Below, in pieces: positions 1 to 9,886 of a stretch of DNA of 64,000 bases. Position 1 is the stretch's first letter. Every line of letters starts with the position of its first letter. The notes under the pieces are model-generated. The model saw only the letters and a list, made by a program, of their open reading frames with translations. It had not been told where the DNA came from and did not search any database. Source of the stretch: a bacterium (GTDB lineage: Bacteria > UBA8248). The DNA lies in assembly GCA_965207065.1 (NCBI GenBank), contig OZ242260.1, forward strand, positions 128,001-192,000. The letters run 5' to 3'. The position numbers and the translations under genes were made by a program.

Positions 1-34
1 TCTTTAACAGGGTTGGTTCTGAAAAGGGGGCGAT

Positions 35-424
35 TTGTTGAGAAAGAGCGGCCCAGGGGACCACGTTCCATACGACGAAGCGCTGACCGAAAAGGCGCGG
101 GAAAACCGCAGGCGCCCCACGCCGGCGGAGAATAAGCTGTGGTTCGAAGTACTGCGGGATAGGCGCCTGTCCGGGTTGAAGTTCACCCGCCAAAAGCCGC
201 TGGACCATTACATCGTCGACTACTACTGCGCCGAACTGATGCTGGCGATCGAGATCGACGGCGACAGCCACGACGGGAGCAGGCGATACGATGAAGCCAG
301 GACGCGCAGGCTGAACGCGCTCGGCGTCGAGGTCGTCCGGTACGCCAACGCCGAGGTCATGAGTAACGTCGAAGGGGTGTACGTCGATTTGCAAAAACGT
401 GTTTCGGATATGCGAACCCCCTGA
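35..424 (+). CDS. DUF559 / very-short-patch-repair-like endonuclease domain protein
   Basis: Motifs ARENRRRPTPAENKLW, KFTRQKPLDHYIVDYYC, IEIDGDSH, YDEARTRRL are typical of DUF559. Confidence 0.85.
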   Translation: MLRKSGPGDHVPYDEALTEKARENRRRPTPAENKLWFEVLRDRRLSGLKFTRQKPLDHYIVDYYCAELMLAIEIDGDSHDGSRRYDEARTRRLNALGVEVVRYANAEVMSNVEGVYVDLQKRVSDMRTP

Positions 425-454
425 ATCGGCTTGGCCGCGCTTGCTTCCTGCATG

Positions 455-592
455 AACAGCAACCCCCCCTACCCCCCCTTAACAGGGGGGTAAAAAGAAG
501 CAAATCCCCCTCTACCAAGCGGGGGCGCATCCGGCGGGGGCACTCGCCTTTTTATACCCCCCTGACAAGGGGGGGTAGGGGGGGTTGCTGTT
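455..592. repeat. REPIN-like element 1 (inverted pair of GC-rich palindromic units)
   Basis: AACAGCAACCCCCCCTACCCCCCCTTAACAGGGGGGTA at 455 is near-perfectly inverted by ...CCCCCCTGACAAGGGGGGGTAGGGGGGGTTGCTGTT ending at 592. Confidence 0.85.
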
Positions 593-933
593 ATGGGGTT
601 TCCCCTTAAAGTGGTCAAATCCTCGCTTCTCGCTCGGAATTAACCACTGCCGTCATTCCGGTGTCGGAGCCGACCAATGCGGGAGGGTTCGACGGAATCC
701 AGAGCCGATGTGTATGGAGTTACGGCTGCGTTTCGTTCTGGCACAATGATGCGGAAATAAAGCGTGAAAACAAAAAGACGAAAAACCCTTGGATTTCGGC
801 ATTCATCAATCGCGTTTGAGCTCGCTCCTCGGTCGCCCTGACTCGGATCAAAAGCTGCAAACGCTCGTTCCTCACTCGCGTTTGACCCCTTGTCAGGGGG
901 GTATGAAAAGGCGACGCCTCGCGACAGGAAAGG

Positions 934-1063
934 CAACCCCCCCTACCCCCCCTTGTCAGGGGGGTAAAAAGAAACAAAACCCCCTCTACCAAGCGGGTGC
1001 GCATCCCGGCGTGGAGACATCGCCTTTTTATACCCCCCTGACAAGGGGGGGTAGGGGGGGTTG
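934..1063. repeat. REPIN-like element 2
   Basis: Near-identical to element 1 including the spacer and the downstream tail ATGGGGTTTCCCCTTAAAG. Confidence 0.85.
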
Positions 1064-1093
1064 GTTTATGGGGTTTCCCCTTAAAGGGGGGGG

Positions 1094-1312
1094 TTGCTGC
1101 CCCGAAGGGGACTTTATCGACACGCCCTCACCGCCTATGGCCTCTACATCGTGCGCCAGGCCGCGCGCCACCGCGACGCCCGGCACCGGGAAACCATGAC
1201 GGCGCTCGAGAACCGGCATCGCGAATCCATGGCGGTGCTGAAGGCTGAGCGCGAGTCGCTCCGGGAACTCATCCGCCGCACGTCCGCGCCGCCCGCCGCG
1301 AAGGATTCGTAG
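1094..1312 (+). CDS. small hypothetical protein or 5'-truncated remnant between REP elements
   Basis: Short hydrophobic stretch followed by a charged helical tail; its start lies in repeat DNA. Confidence 0.3.
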   Translation: MLPRRGLYRHALTAYGLYIVRQAARHRDARHRETMTALENRHRESMAVLKAERESLRELIRRTSAPPAAKDS

Positions 1313-1330
1313 CCGGGCCGCGCTTCAAAA

Positions 1331-1400
1331 GCAACCCCCCCTACCCCCCCTTGTCAGGGGGGCAAGAAAAAACAAACCCCCTCTGCCCGGCGGTGCGCAT
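1331..1400. repeat. REP half-element 3
   Basis: GCAACCCCCCCTACCCCCCCTTGTCAGGGGGG plus part of the spacer, no inverted partner. Confidence 0.8.
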
Positions 1401-1566
1401 TTGCCCGCATCTGGCGTCATGGCGGGGGCTTCGGGGCGTGGCAGGATCTCCGTGCGATAAGGTGGGCCGTCCGTTCGCAAAAAATGGCGAATTTCCGTAA
1501 ATATCGATAAATTCGGATAAATACCCATAATTTAACGGAGGGGCAAATAGCTGATAATAAAGGGGT

Positions 1567-3204
1567 TCAGGCGTTTTCCGGCGCAATCGAGCCGACCGGA
1601 AGGGAAGCGGCCGAAAAGGCGTCTCCCTCTTTTTTCACGAAAACGTTCACCCGCCAGCGCGCGTCGTCAGGCTCCGGATAATCGGTGCGGTAGTGCGCGC
1701 CCCGGCTCTCGGTGCGGGCGAGGGCGGCCTCGGCCACCGCCTGCGCGCTCAGGCACATGTTCTCGGCCTCGACGGCCTCCACGACACGGGCGGGCTCGCT
1801 CCCCCCGCACGCCGTCAGGCCCTGCCCGATGCGGCCGAGTTCCGCCCGCGCCTCCTCCAGCAGGCCGCCCTCGCGCACGATGCCGGCGTTCTCCCAGCAG
1901 ACGCGCTTGATCTCGCGGGCGAGCTCCACGGCCCGGCTGGGCCTGCCGGCGCGCGCCGTGAGGGCGTCTGCGTGGCGCCTGGCGAGCGCAGGATCCGCCG
2001 CCCCGTCCGCGCTGCGGGCGTATTCAGAGGCCGCCCTGGCCGCCCGCCAGCCCAGCGTGTGGGCCTCGGTGAAGGCGTTGTTCGAGAGGCGGTTCGCCCC
2101 GTGCGCGCCCGCGCTCGCCTCCCCCGCCGCGTAGAGGCCCGGCATGGCCGTCGCGCCCGCGCCGTCGATGGGCACGCCGCCCATGAAGAAATGGGCCTTC
2201 GGGGTGACGTATATCTCGCTGCTGTGGGGCGATACGCCGCGCCTGGCGAAGAGTTTGAGGTTGTCCGGGGCGAAGTGCTCAAGCTCGGCCATCGGGATGC
2301 CCGAGAGGTCCATCTGCACGGCGCCGTCCACCCCGCCGCCCCCCATGAGTTCGAGGTATACCGCCCGCGCCATCAGGTCGCGCGTGGCGCCGCCGCCGCC
2401 GGGCACGTCGCGCAGGATGTCCTCGCCGTCCCTGTTCAGGAAGCGCGCGCCGAGCGGGAACAGCGTGGGCGCCACCACCATGTTGCTCTCGGGCCGCTTG
2501 ATGACGGCCGGGTAGAACTGGACGAACTCCATGTCCGAGAGCGCGAGACCGGCCCTAAGCGCCATGCCGAAGGCGTCTCCCGTGATGCCGCCCGCGTTCG
2601 TGTTCTCGGCGTATATCTGCCCCGCCCCGCCCGTGGCCAGTATGGTGGCGGGGGCCGATATGGCGTAAATCCGGCCGGTTCTCGTGTGAAAGCCGACCAC
2701 CCCCCGGCAGACCCCCTCCTCCACGAGCAAATCGACCGCCATGACGTTTTCGAGAATGCGCGCGCCGTCCGCATCGAGCTTCCTGCGCAGCGGCCGCGCC
2801 ACCTCCACGCCCCAGTTCCGGACCGGGTAGACCCCGCGGTCGCGCCTGTGGCCGCCCTGGGGGTGCAGGTCGAAGGCGCCGTCCTCGCGCGTGATGAAGG
2901 GGATGCCCCAGTCGTACAGATCGCGTATCCGCGCGGCGGAATCCGCGCACATGGCGTCGGCGACATCGGGGTGATTCAGGTGATCGCCGCCCTCCAGGGT
3001 GTCTTCCAGGAACAGGGCCGCGCTGTCGTCGGGCGCGAAATTGGCCGAATGCCCCGCGCGGGCCATGACGATGTTGCCCGAGTTTCCGGGGGACTGCTTG
3101 CAGACCAGGAGCGCATCCGAACCGCTCTCCATGGCGGCGATTGTGGCCGTCATCGCGGCGGGGCCGCCGCCCAGAACTACTACGTCGCAGGAGAGGTTTT
3201 CCAT
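1567..3204 (-). CDS. FAD-dependent oxidoreductase, succinate dehydrogenase/fumarate reductase flavoprotein / L-aspartate oxidase family
   Basis: VVVLGGGPAA, ILATGGAG, MEFVQFYP, HFFMGG, AGEASAGAHGANRL, RTESRGAHYRTDYP. Confidence 0.9.
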   Translation of the reverse strand: MENLSCDVVVLGGGPAAMTATIAAMESGSDALLVCKQSPGNSGNIVMARAGHSANFAPDDSAALFLEDTLEGGDHLNHPDVADAMCADSAARIRDLYDWGIPFITREDGAFDLHPQGGHRRDRGVYPVRNWGVEVARPLRRKLDADGARILENVMAVDLLVEEGVCRGVVGFHTRTGRIYAISAPATILATGGAGQIYAENTNAGGITGDAFGMALRAGLALSDMEFVQFYPAVIKRPESNMVVAPTLFPLGARFLNRDGEDILRDVPGGGGATRDLMARAVYLELMGGGGVDGAVQMDLSGIPMAELEHFAPDNLKLFARRGVSPHSSEIYVTPKAHFFMGGVPIDGAGATAMPGLYAAGEASAGAHGANRLSNNAFTEAHTLGWRAARAASEYARSADGAADPALARRHADALTARAGRPSRAVELAREIKRVCWENAGIVREGGLLEEARAELGRIGQGLTACGGSEPARVVEAVEAENMCLSAQAVAEAALARTESRGAHYRTDYPEPDDARWRVNVFVKKEGDAFSAASLPVGSIAPENA

Positions 3205-3239
3205 GAGTCACCCGGGGATATCAGCGAGTTTGCGAGAAT

Positions 3240-5522
3240 TCAAGAGGTATTCTGATTCCTGGCTTCTTCTATGGCCTCGAGGACGCGCTCGGGGCTGACG
3301 GGCAGGGTGCGTATCCGCGCGCCGCCCGTCGCGTGATAGACGGCGTTGCAGATCGCCGCCGTGATCGGGTTGATGGCCACCTCGGCCAGCCCCTTCGCGC
3401 CATAGGGGCCGTAGGGGTCCATGGACTCGAAGAAATCGTGCTCTATCGGCGGGGCGTCCATCGAGGTGGCGATGAGGTAGTCGTGGAAATTCCTGCCGCG
3501 CAGATGGCCTTCCTGCGGCGCCAGCCCCTCCATCATCGCGAAGCTCATGCCCTGCACCACGCCGCCCTCGACCTGGCCCTCAGCGCCCAGCCTGTTGATC
3601 ACCCGGCCGGGGTCGTGGCCGCAGCAAACCTGCAAGACGGTGACGAGGCCCGTCTCCATGTCCACTTCCACCTCGGCGCCATGGGTGCTGAAGGAATACG
3701 TGGTCGAGGGATTCCCGTATTTTTCCTTGTCGAGCACGTCTCCCCCGGCCAGCCACTTGCCCTCGCCCTCGATCACGCTCCCCGCACGGCTGACGACCTC
3801 GCCCACCGTCATCTTCCGCTCAGGCAGCGCCTTCGCCCGGATATCTCCCTCGACGATTTCGAGCTCATCCGCCGGGATCTCCATGAATTCCGCCGCCGCG
3901 TCCAGGAGGTTCCTGCGCGCGTCTTCGGCAGCGATTTTGACGGCGTTGCCGCCAATCAGGGTGATCCGGCTCGCGAACGCCCCCATGCCGAAAGGCATGT
4001 AGCCCGTATCCGTGGGGGGGACCTTGAACCGCTCGACCGGAATACCCATGACCTCGGAGGCGATGTAGGCCATCACGCTCGTGGCCCCCTGGCCCAGGTC
4101 CGACTCGCCCGACCATATCTCGACCTTGCCCTCCTCATCCACGCGAACCACGCCGCTCGAGGGGTCGGTGTCATCGGGCCCCAATTCCACGGAAAACCCT
4201 TTATTCCCGGAAACATGGATGCAACTGGCGAGACCCACGCCGCGGCCCTCCCCGCCCCGGGCGCGCTTGGCTTTCCAGTCCATCTCCCTGACAACGTGCC
4301 TGGTGGCGTCCGCCACGGCACAACTGGCGATTTTCCAGCCGTGGAGCGAGACGTCGCCCTTTTCGGTGTAGTTCTTGAGGCGGAGATCGGCCGGGTCCAG
4401 GCCCAGGCCATCGGCCACGTTGTCGAGGTGGCTCTCCCAGGCGTATGTCGCCTGCACGTTGCCGAACCCCCGCATCTGGCCCGAGGGGATGATGTTCGTG
4501 TAGACGAGCTTGCCCTGAATCTCGGCGGCGGGCGTCTTGTAGAGATTATCCGTCCTGAGGGCTATCGAACTCATGATGGCCGGCGAGAGCGAGCTGTAGG
4601 CCCCGTTTTCCGCCACGATCCTGACGCGCTTGCCCGCGAGGGTGCCGTCACGCTTCCAGGCGGACTCCAGGGAGATGTGCACCGGCATCCTGGGGCGCAT
4701 GGCGATCATGTCTTCTTCCAGGCTCATCATGAACTTGACCGGCTTTTCCGCCGCCCGGCTCAGCATCGCCGCCATGAGGGCCGCTTTCACGTCGAGCTTG
4801 CCGCCGAAGGCGCCGCCCGGCTTGGTCTGCGTCACGCGGAAATCATCGGGGGAAATGCCCATGACGGGCCCCAGCATGAAGGTGCGAATCAAAAAAACCG
4901 ACTGCAGACAGCCCCAGACGGAAATTTTCCCGTCAGGATGCCACTGCGCCGCGCAACCCGTGGGTTCGATATAAGCCTGGTGCGCGAGATGGGTGTGAAA
5001 TTCATCGGCAAAAGTAGCGTCCGCCGCATGAAACGCCTCGTCTATCCCGACGCGCTTGATGTGAAACTCGTTCGCGATGTTGCCGGCGACGGAATCGTGG
5101 ACGAGAGGCGCATCCGGCTCCTGCGCCATGAAAGTATCCGCGACCGTGGGCAGAACCTCATATTCGACGCGGATGAGCGAAAGCGCCTCACGGGCCGTTT
5201 CTTCATCAACGGCCGCCACGGCGGCTACTTCATCTCCCACGTAACGCACTTTTTCGCGGCAAAACGCGGCTTCATCCTTGTGATTGATGCCGAAGGGCGC
5301 ATCCGGCGTGTTGTTTTTCGACAGAACGACGGCGACGCCCGGCAGACGCTCGGCGTACGTAGTGTCGAGATTCAATAACCGGGCATGCGGATGGGGGCTC
5401 CTGAGCGCCATGCCCGTGAGCGCGCCCGGAAGCTCCAGATCGTTGATGAACACCGTGGCGCCCGAGACTTTCTCCACGGCATCGATGATGGGATGCGGCT
5501 GGCCGACGACGCGCGTGCTCAT
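3240..5522 (-). CDS. xanthine dehydrogenase family molybdopterin-binding subunit
   Basis: RSPHPHAR, KVRYVGDEVAAV, GGAFGGK, MRGFG, DLGQG, EGQVEGG, GAKGLAE. Confidence 0.92.
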   Translation of the reverse strand: MSTRVVGQPHPIIDAVEKVSGATVFINDLELPGALTGMALRSPHPHARLLNLDTTYAERLPGVAVVLSKNNTPDAPFGINHKDEAAFCREKVRYVGDEVAAVAAVDEETAREALSLIRVEYEVLPTVADTFMAQEPDAPLVHDSVAGNIANEFHIKRVGIDEAFHAADATFADEFHTHLAHQAYIEPTGCAAQWHPDGKISVWGCLQSVFLIRTFMLGPVMGISPDDFRVTQTKPGGAFGGKLDVKAALMAAMLSRAAEKPVKFMMSLEEDMIAMRPRMPVHISLESAWKRDGTLAGKRVRIVAENGAYSSLSPAIMSSIALRTDNLYKTPAAEIQGKLVYTNIIPSGQMRGFGNVQATYAWESHLDNVADGLGLDPADLRLKNYTEKGDVSLHGWKIASCAVADATRHVVREMDWKAKRARGGEGRGVGLASCIHVSGNKGFSVELGPDDTDPSSGVVRVDEEGKVEIWSGESDLGQGATSVMAYIASEVMGIPVERFKVPPTDTGYMPFGMGAFASRITLIGGNAVKIAAEDARRNLLDAAAEFMEIPADELEIVEGDIRAKALPERKMTVGEVVSRAGSVIEGEGKWLAGGDVLDKEKYGNPSTTYSFSTHGAEVEVDMETGLVTVLQVCCGHDPGRVINRLGAEGQVEGGVVQGMSFAMMEGLAPQEGHLRGRNFHDYLIATSMDAPPIEHDFFESMDPYGPYGAKGLAEVAINPITAAICNAVYHATGGARIRTLPVSPERVLEAIEEARNQNTS

Positions 5523-6001
5523 GAGTCGTCTCCTTCATTCATCTGCCGGGCAGCGGCCGATACCGCCTCGAAAATCTTTTTGTAACCCGTGCAGCGGCAA
5601 AGATTTCCGGCGAGGCCGCGCTGTATATCTTCGCGCGAGGGCGCAGCGTTCTCATCCAACAGCGCCTTCGCCGATACCACTACTCCCGGCGTGCAGAAGC
5701 CGCACTGCACGCCTCCTTTTTCGATGAGCTGCTCCTGAACCGGATGGAGATCGTCTTCCGTTCCGACCCCGCGCACGGTGGTGACTTCGGAGCCATCCGC
5801 CTGAGCGGCGAACATGAGACAGGCGTTCACGGCCACGCCGTCTAGCAGAATGGCGCACGCGCCGCAATCGCCCCCCTCGCAACTGAGTTTCACCTCGACA
5901 TAGCCGATTCGCCTGAGCGCGCGCAGGAGCGTCTCATCCCCCCGCACTTCGAGGGTTTCGTCCTTCCCGTTCACACGCATATTGATCTCGTATGTATTCA
6001 T
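5519..6001 (-). CDS. (2Fe-2S)-binding subunit (CoxS/CutS-like)
   Basis: CEGGDCGAC, QCGFCTPG, GNLCRCTGY; stop overlaps next start; start approximate. Confidence 0.93.
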   Translation of the reverse strand: MNTYEINMRVNGKDETLEVRGDETLLRALRRIGYVEVKLSCEGGDCGACAILLDGVAVNACLMFAAQADGSEVTTVRGVGTEDDLHPVQEQLIEKGGVQCGFCTPGVVVSAKALLDENAAPSREDIQRGLAGNLCRCTGYKKIFEAVSAAARQMNEGDDS

Positions 6002-6031
6002 CGTCTTCTCAAGCAAAATATTAAATTCTCA

Positions 6032-6886
6032 TCACACGACCACAGCTTCAGGCATTCCCATCGCTTTCCTCAACATGCGGCGGACCAGTACGCCGCACAT
6101 TTTCCGGCGGTACGACGCACTCGCCCGCACGTCGTCAATCGGCTGTGCGCTATCCGCTGCGGCGGCTGCCGCCGACTCGATTTCCGCTTCCCCGATTTCC
6201 TTGCCGCGTAGATGCGCCTCCGCGTCGTGCGCACGATACGGGATCGCGGCCACCGCTCCCAGACCGATAGCGGCCTCCGCGCAAACGCCTCCATTCATCC
6301 GGAGAACGACCGCCACACCCACGACGGCGATGGCCATCGCGCGCCTGAGCTGGAGTTTGTAATATGCGCTACGATCCTCCGCCCCCAGCGGATCAATGAC
6401 GATGGCTGTCACGAGTTCTTCCGGACGCACAGCCGTTTTTCGGTAATCCAGAAAAAATTCCGAAAGCGGCAAGGCGCGCTCGCCCTCCACCGAAACCAAT
6501 TCGACGATGGCATCCTGCACCAGCAGAGGTGGAGCCAAATCGGCGGCGGGCGAGGCATCCATAAGGTTGCCCGCTACGCTCGCGCGGTTTCTCACCAAAG
6601 GACCCGCGAACTCAAGAGCGCTCTCATGCAAAGGCGAGGCTGCTGTGCAAATCAAGTCAGAATCCAGCAAATCCGTGACCGTCGCCAGCGCACCGATTCT
6701 GATTTTTCCGTCCGCCTCTTTGATGTAGCGAAGCTCATCCAGGCGGCTGATGTCCACCGCGCGCGCAATTTTCTTGCGCCCGAAGAGCACGTCCGGCACG
6801 AGGTTCGTGCCGCCCGCCACGAATGCGGCGCCATCGCGCGCAGCCGCCAATGCCTCATCCACCGATGCAGCGCGTAAAAATTCCAT
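6032..6886 (-). CDS. FAD-binding subunit of xanthine dehydrogenase family (CoxM-like)
   Basis: AGGTNL, VRNRASVAGN, DASPAAD, PIDDVRASASYRR. Confidence 0.92.
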   Translation of the reverse strand: MEFLRAASVDEALAAARDGAAFVAGGTNLVPDVLFGRKKIARAVDISRLDELRYIKEADGKIRIGALATVTDLLDSDLICTAASPLHESALEFAGPLVRNRASVAGNLMDASPAADLAPPLLVQDAIVELVSVEGERALPLSEFFLDYRKTAVRPEELVTAIVIDPLGAEDRSAYYKLQLRRAMAIAVVGVAVVLRMNGGVCAEAAIGLGAVAAIPYRAHDAEAHLRGKEIGEAEIESAAAAAADSAQPIDDVRASASYRRKMCGVLVRRMLRKAMGMPEAVVV

Positions 6887-6961
6887 GTCCTGCCCTACCC
6901 TAGAAATTCCGTTTCGTCATATGCCGCGCCCACCATGCGCTCATTCAAAGCGCATCAAGAG

Positions 6962-7759
6962 TCACGGCCTGATGTCGGACTCAATCTGCATCCCCGTCGC
7001 CAGGGAGTTGAAGCTGTTGTAGTGGTCCACCACCCCGAGAATTTCGAGGATTCGCCCCGGACTCCAGCCCAGTTTCACCAGATAAGTATGAAAATACCGT
7101 ATGAAATACCTGGACCCGTTCGTGGCGCTCACGCCGTAGCCCACGGCCGCTTTGGCCCCTTTTTCGAGAACGCCTCCATCGAGCATGAGCTTGTGTTTGT
7201 TCCACGTGGATTCGAAATAATGCCGGTTCCGCGCCAGGCAGCGCCAATAGCGCGGAACACCGTCTACACCCAGACGCGCCGATTCGACCTCCGCCACCTC
7301 GTGCATCAGCTCCTGAACGACAGGTGTGATCTCCAGTTCATCTGGATAAGGCAGAAGGGGAGGCGTATCCTCATCCTCCAGCAACAGACCGAAAGCGACC
7401 TTGTTCATCCCCGATACATGATCCGTCAGCCCGATCAATTCCGTGATGCCCACCTCATCAACCCCCATCCGCATGACCGCGGCGATGTGAGAGTCGATTC
7501 AGTAATCACACGCATTGACGATGGAAACCGCCGAGGCGACCATCTCCTTGACCAGAGGCGGCACGTCTCCACGCTGCATCGTGGCGCGCGAACGCTCCCA
7601 ATTGGCCTTCATGTATTCGGGATGATGGGTCATGGAGCGCCAGATGTTCGAGAGCGTATCGATGCCGAACACGCGCTTCTCGCGCGTCTTGACGCGCTCG
7701 ACAAGCTCGCGAGCCGCCTTGGGCACCTCGTTGTCGGCCAACTGGTGAATCGTCGGCAT
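6962..7759 (-). CDS. AhpD/carboxymuconolactone-decarboxylase-family selenoprotein, two CMD repeats, CxxU (about 265 aa, UGA at 7499-7501)
   Basis: ORFs 7499..7798 and 6962..7474 share a frame and are separated only by TGA plus 8 sense codons: ...VNACDY-TGA-IDSHIAAVMRMG, matching the AhpD CxxC-x3-H motif; ATG at 7759 has GAGG upstream. Confidence 0.82.
7457..7498 (-). promoter_or_regulatory. putative bacterial SECIS element
   Basis: Directly after UGA: AUCGAC/GUUGAU, UCU/GGG, CAU/AUG and CCGC/GCGG stems with apical GGUCAU starting 21 nt after UGA. Confidence 0.65.
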
Positions 7760-7781
7760 CAAAACCCTCAAAACGCCAGAC

Positions 7782-7815
7782 CAGGAGCGCCGCCTCAACC
7801 AAGGCGGCGCTCCTG
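7782..7815 (-). promoter_or_regulatory. intergenic stem-loop after the solute-binding protein gene (mRNA stabiliser or partial terminator)
   Basis: Perfect 14-bp stem CAGGAGCGCCGCCT/AGGCGGCGCTCCTG with a 6-nt loop; no immediate U-tract. Confidence 0.5.
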
Positions 7816-7837
7816 TACCCGGCCTGAAAACTATAAA

Positions 7838-9046
7838 CTATCTCGGATACCTGAACTTCGCGTTCGCCACGCTCTTCGGTCCCACCGTCTTGCGTTTTCC
7901 GTCCTGCACCTGGAACAAAACGATGGCGCTGGCCGCGTTCATGTTGAGCTTGTCGAACTTCACGGGGCCGAAGAAAGTTTTCAAGTTGGTATTCGCAATG
8001 GCGTCGCGAACTTTTTTCTTATCCAGCGTGCCCGCCGCCTCGATGGCCTTCTGGGCGACGATGCCCGCAGCCGTCGACGCCGCAGCGACGTAGTCCGGCT
8101 CCTGCTTGAACTTGGCGCGCCAGATTTTCCCGAAATCCCGCGCCGAGCCGATGAAACTGCCCTTGTAATCGAGCGCCTCGCCCCACCAGGCGGCGGTCAG
8201 GATGTTGTTGGCCGCGCCCTTGAGCGAATCCGTGAACTGTGCGTAGACCGGACCGACCATGGTGAACAGGATTTTGGGCTTCACTCCCAACTCGTTCGCC
8301 TGCTTGGTGGCGAGGAGGGTGTCGGGAAGATAGCCGGCTACCATGAGCACGTCGGGATTCTTGCCCTTCACGATCGTGAGCCAGGTGGACATGTCCTTGG
8401 AATCTTTCGGGAATTCAGCGTAATAGACATCCGTGAAACCCTGCTTTTTCGCCGCTTTTCTGATCATCCTCGTGACGGCGCGCGGGAAGAAGTCGTTGCG
8501 CGTCACGAACGCTATGGTCTTCGGCATCGGCTTTTGCTCTTTCAAGAGCGCAAGGAAATTGTTCGGCAAATACGCATTCGGCGCCAGAAGGCCGAAGAGG
8601 TATTTGTAGCCCTGATCGAAAATAGGCTCGGAACTCGCCACGGGCGCGATGAGAGGAACCTGATAACGCTCCGTAATCGCGGCGACTGATTTCGTCGCTC
8701 CGCTCCCGAACGGGCCCAGCAGAAGGTCCACCTTTTCCTTGGTGATGAGCCGCTCGGCGAGTTTGGTGGCCGTCGGCGTCTTGCTCTCGTAGTCATAGTA
8801 GACGATCTTCACTTTCATCTTCTTGCCGCCTACGTTGATGCCGCCCGCCTTGTTCACGCGCTCTCGCCAGATTTCATAACCCGCCTGCTGCTTTTTCCCC
8901 TCGGTGGCGAGCGGGCCCGTAAGTGGCAATGCAGCGCCGAACTTGACCTCCGCCGCCTGGGCGCCGCTTAGACCCTGTAGGCCCGTCACGCCGAAGGTGA
9001 CAAACAAGACAGTTGCGATGAGAAACAACAAATTCCGCCTTCTCAT
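7838..9046 (-). CDS. livK: branched-chain amino acid (Liv-type) ABC transporter substrate-binding protein
   Basis: Signal peptide, KFGAALPLTGPLA, VNKAGGINVGGK, LLGPFGSG; SD GAGGAGG before ATG 9046. Confidence 0.88.
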   Translation of the reverse strand: MRRRNLLFLIATVLFVTFGVTGLQGLSGAQAAEVKFGAALPLTGPLATEGKKQQAGYEIWRERVNKAGGINVGGKKMKVKIVYYDYESKTPTATKLAERLITKEKVDLLLGPFGSGATKSVAAITERYQVPLIAPVASSEPIFDQGYKYLFGLLAPNAYLPNNFLALLKEQKPMPKTIAFVTRNDFFPRAVTRMIRKAAKKQGFTDVYYAEFPKDSKDMSTWLTIVKGKNPDVLMVAGYLPDTLLATKQANELGVKPKILFTMVGPVYAQFTDSLKGAANNILTAAWWGEALDYKGSFIGSARDFGKIWRAKFKQEPDYVAAASTAAGIVAQKAIEAAGTLDKKKVRDAIANTNLKTFFGPVKFDKLNMNAASAIVLFQVQDGKRKTVGPKSVANAKFRYPR

Positions 9047-9143
9047 GATTCGCCTCCTCATTAAGTGAATGCTACCTCTTGCGTTCTCAAGTTCTCCACG
9101 ATTTTCATGCATTTTGATTCCAGGCAGAGTATATGAAAAGAAG

Positions 9144-9884
9144 CTACATGCCCAGATACGCTTTTTTCACTTGCGGGTTCGCCAGCAATTCATCCGAGGT
9201 GCCGGAGATCGTCACACGCCCCGTCTCGAATACATAGGCCCGGCTCGCGAGTTCGAATGCGGTCAGCACGTCCTGTTCCACGAGGATGATGGCGACGCCC
9301 TCCTCGTTTATCTGCCGGACGAAGCCACACAACTCCTCCACCAGACGGGGCGCTAGCCCCAGGGAGAGTTCATCGATCAAGAGCAACCTGGGACGCGCCA
9401 TCAATCCCCGGGCAATCGCGCACATCTGCTGCTCACCGCCGGACATACTCCCCGCAAGCTGGGATTTCCGCTCCGCCAATCTCGGGAAAAACCCGTACAC
9501 CCTCTCCAAATCCGCCGCCAGTTCCTGATCCGCCATTTTCCGGGCATAAGCGCCCATTAAAAGATTCTCCTCCACGCTCATCGCGGCGAAAAGACGGCGG
9601 CCCTCGGGCACATGGGAAATCCCTTTGGCGACGACACTTTCCGGCGCCATTCCCTCGATGGACTCACCACCGAGCGTTATCGTTCCCGCCTGATGAGGGA
9701 GAACGCCCGACAGCATTCGCAGGAAAGTGGATTTTCCAACGCCGTTGCTGCCGACGATAGCGACAATCTCGCCTTCGCGTACGTTCAAATCAATGCCCCA
9801 CAAAACCTGCACGACATCATACCCACCCGCCAAGCCGCGTACTTCGAGAAGGCTCTCCCCGCTGTGCGATTCATGCGTCATCAC
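9144..9884 (-). CDS. livF: Liv-type ABC transporter ATP-binding protein
   Basis: GSNGVGKS, VPEGRRLF, MSGGEQQM, IDELSLGLAP. Confidence 0.9.
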   Translation of the reverse strand: MMTHESHSGESLLEVRGLAGGYDVVQVLWGIDLNVREGEIVAIVGSNGVGKSTFLRMLSGVLPHQAGTITLGGESIEGMAPESVVAKGISHVPEGRRLFAAMSVEENLLMGAYARKMADQELAADLERVYGFFPRLAERKSQLAGSMSGGEQQMCAIARGLMARPRLLLIDELSLGLAPRLVEELCGFVRQINEEGVAIILVEQDVLTAFELASRAYVFETGRVTISGTSDELLANPQVKKAYLGM

Positions 9885-9886
9885 GC

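Noticed and set aside
789-1586. ORFs overlapping the REP elements (PLTRGGRGG peptides)
   Set aside because: Translations of palindromic repeat DNA with no coding signal
1693-5378. Long plus-strand ORFs (520 aa, 681 aa) and similar antisense ORFs elsewhere (6935..8689, 15363..16916, 57370..59241)
   Set aside because: Shadow frames of high-GC genes on the opposite strand, which carry the recognisable motifs
3240-6886. Aerobic CO dehydrogenase (coxMSL)
   Set aside because: Large subunit has QMRGFG and lacks the AYxCSFR / AYRGAGR CoxL signatures
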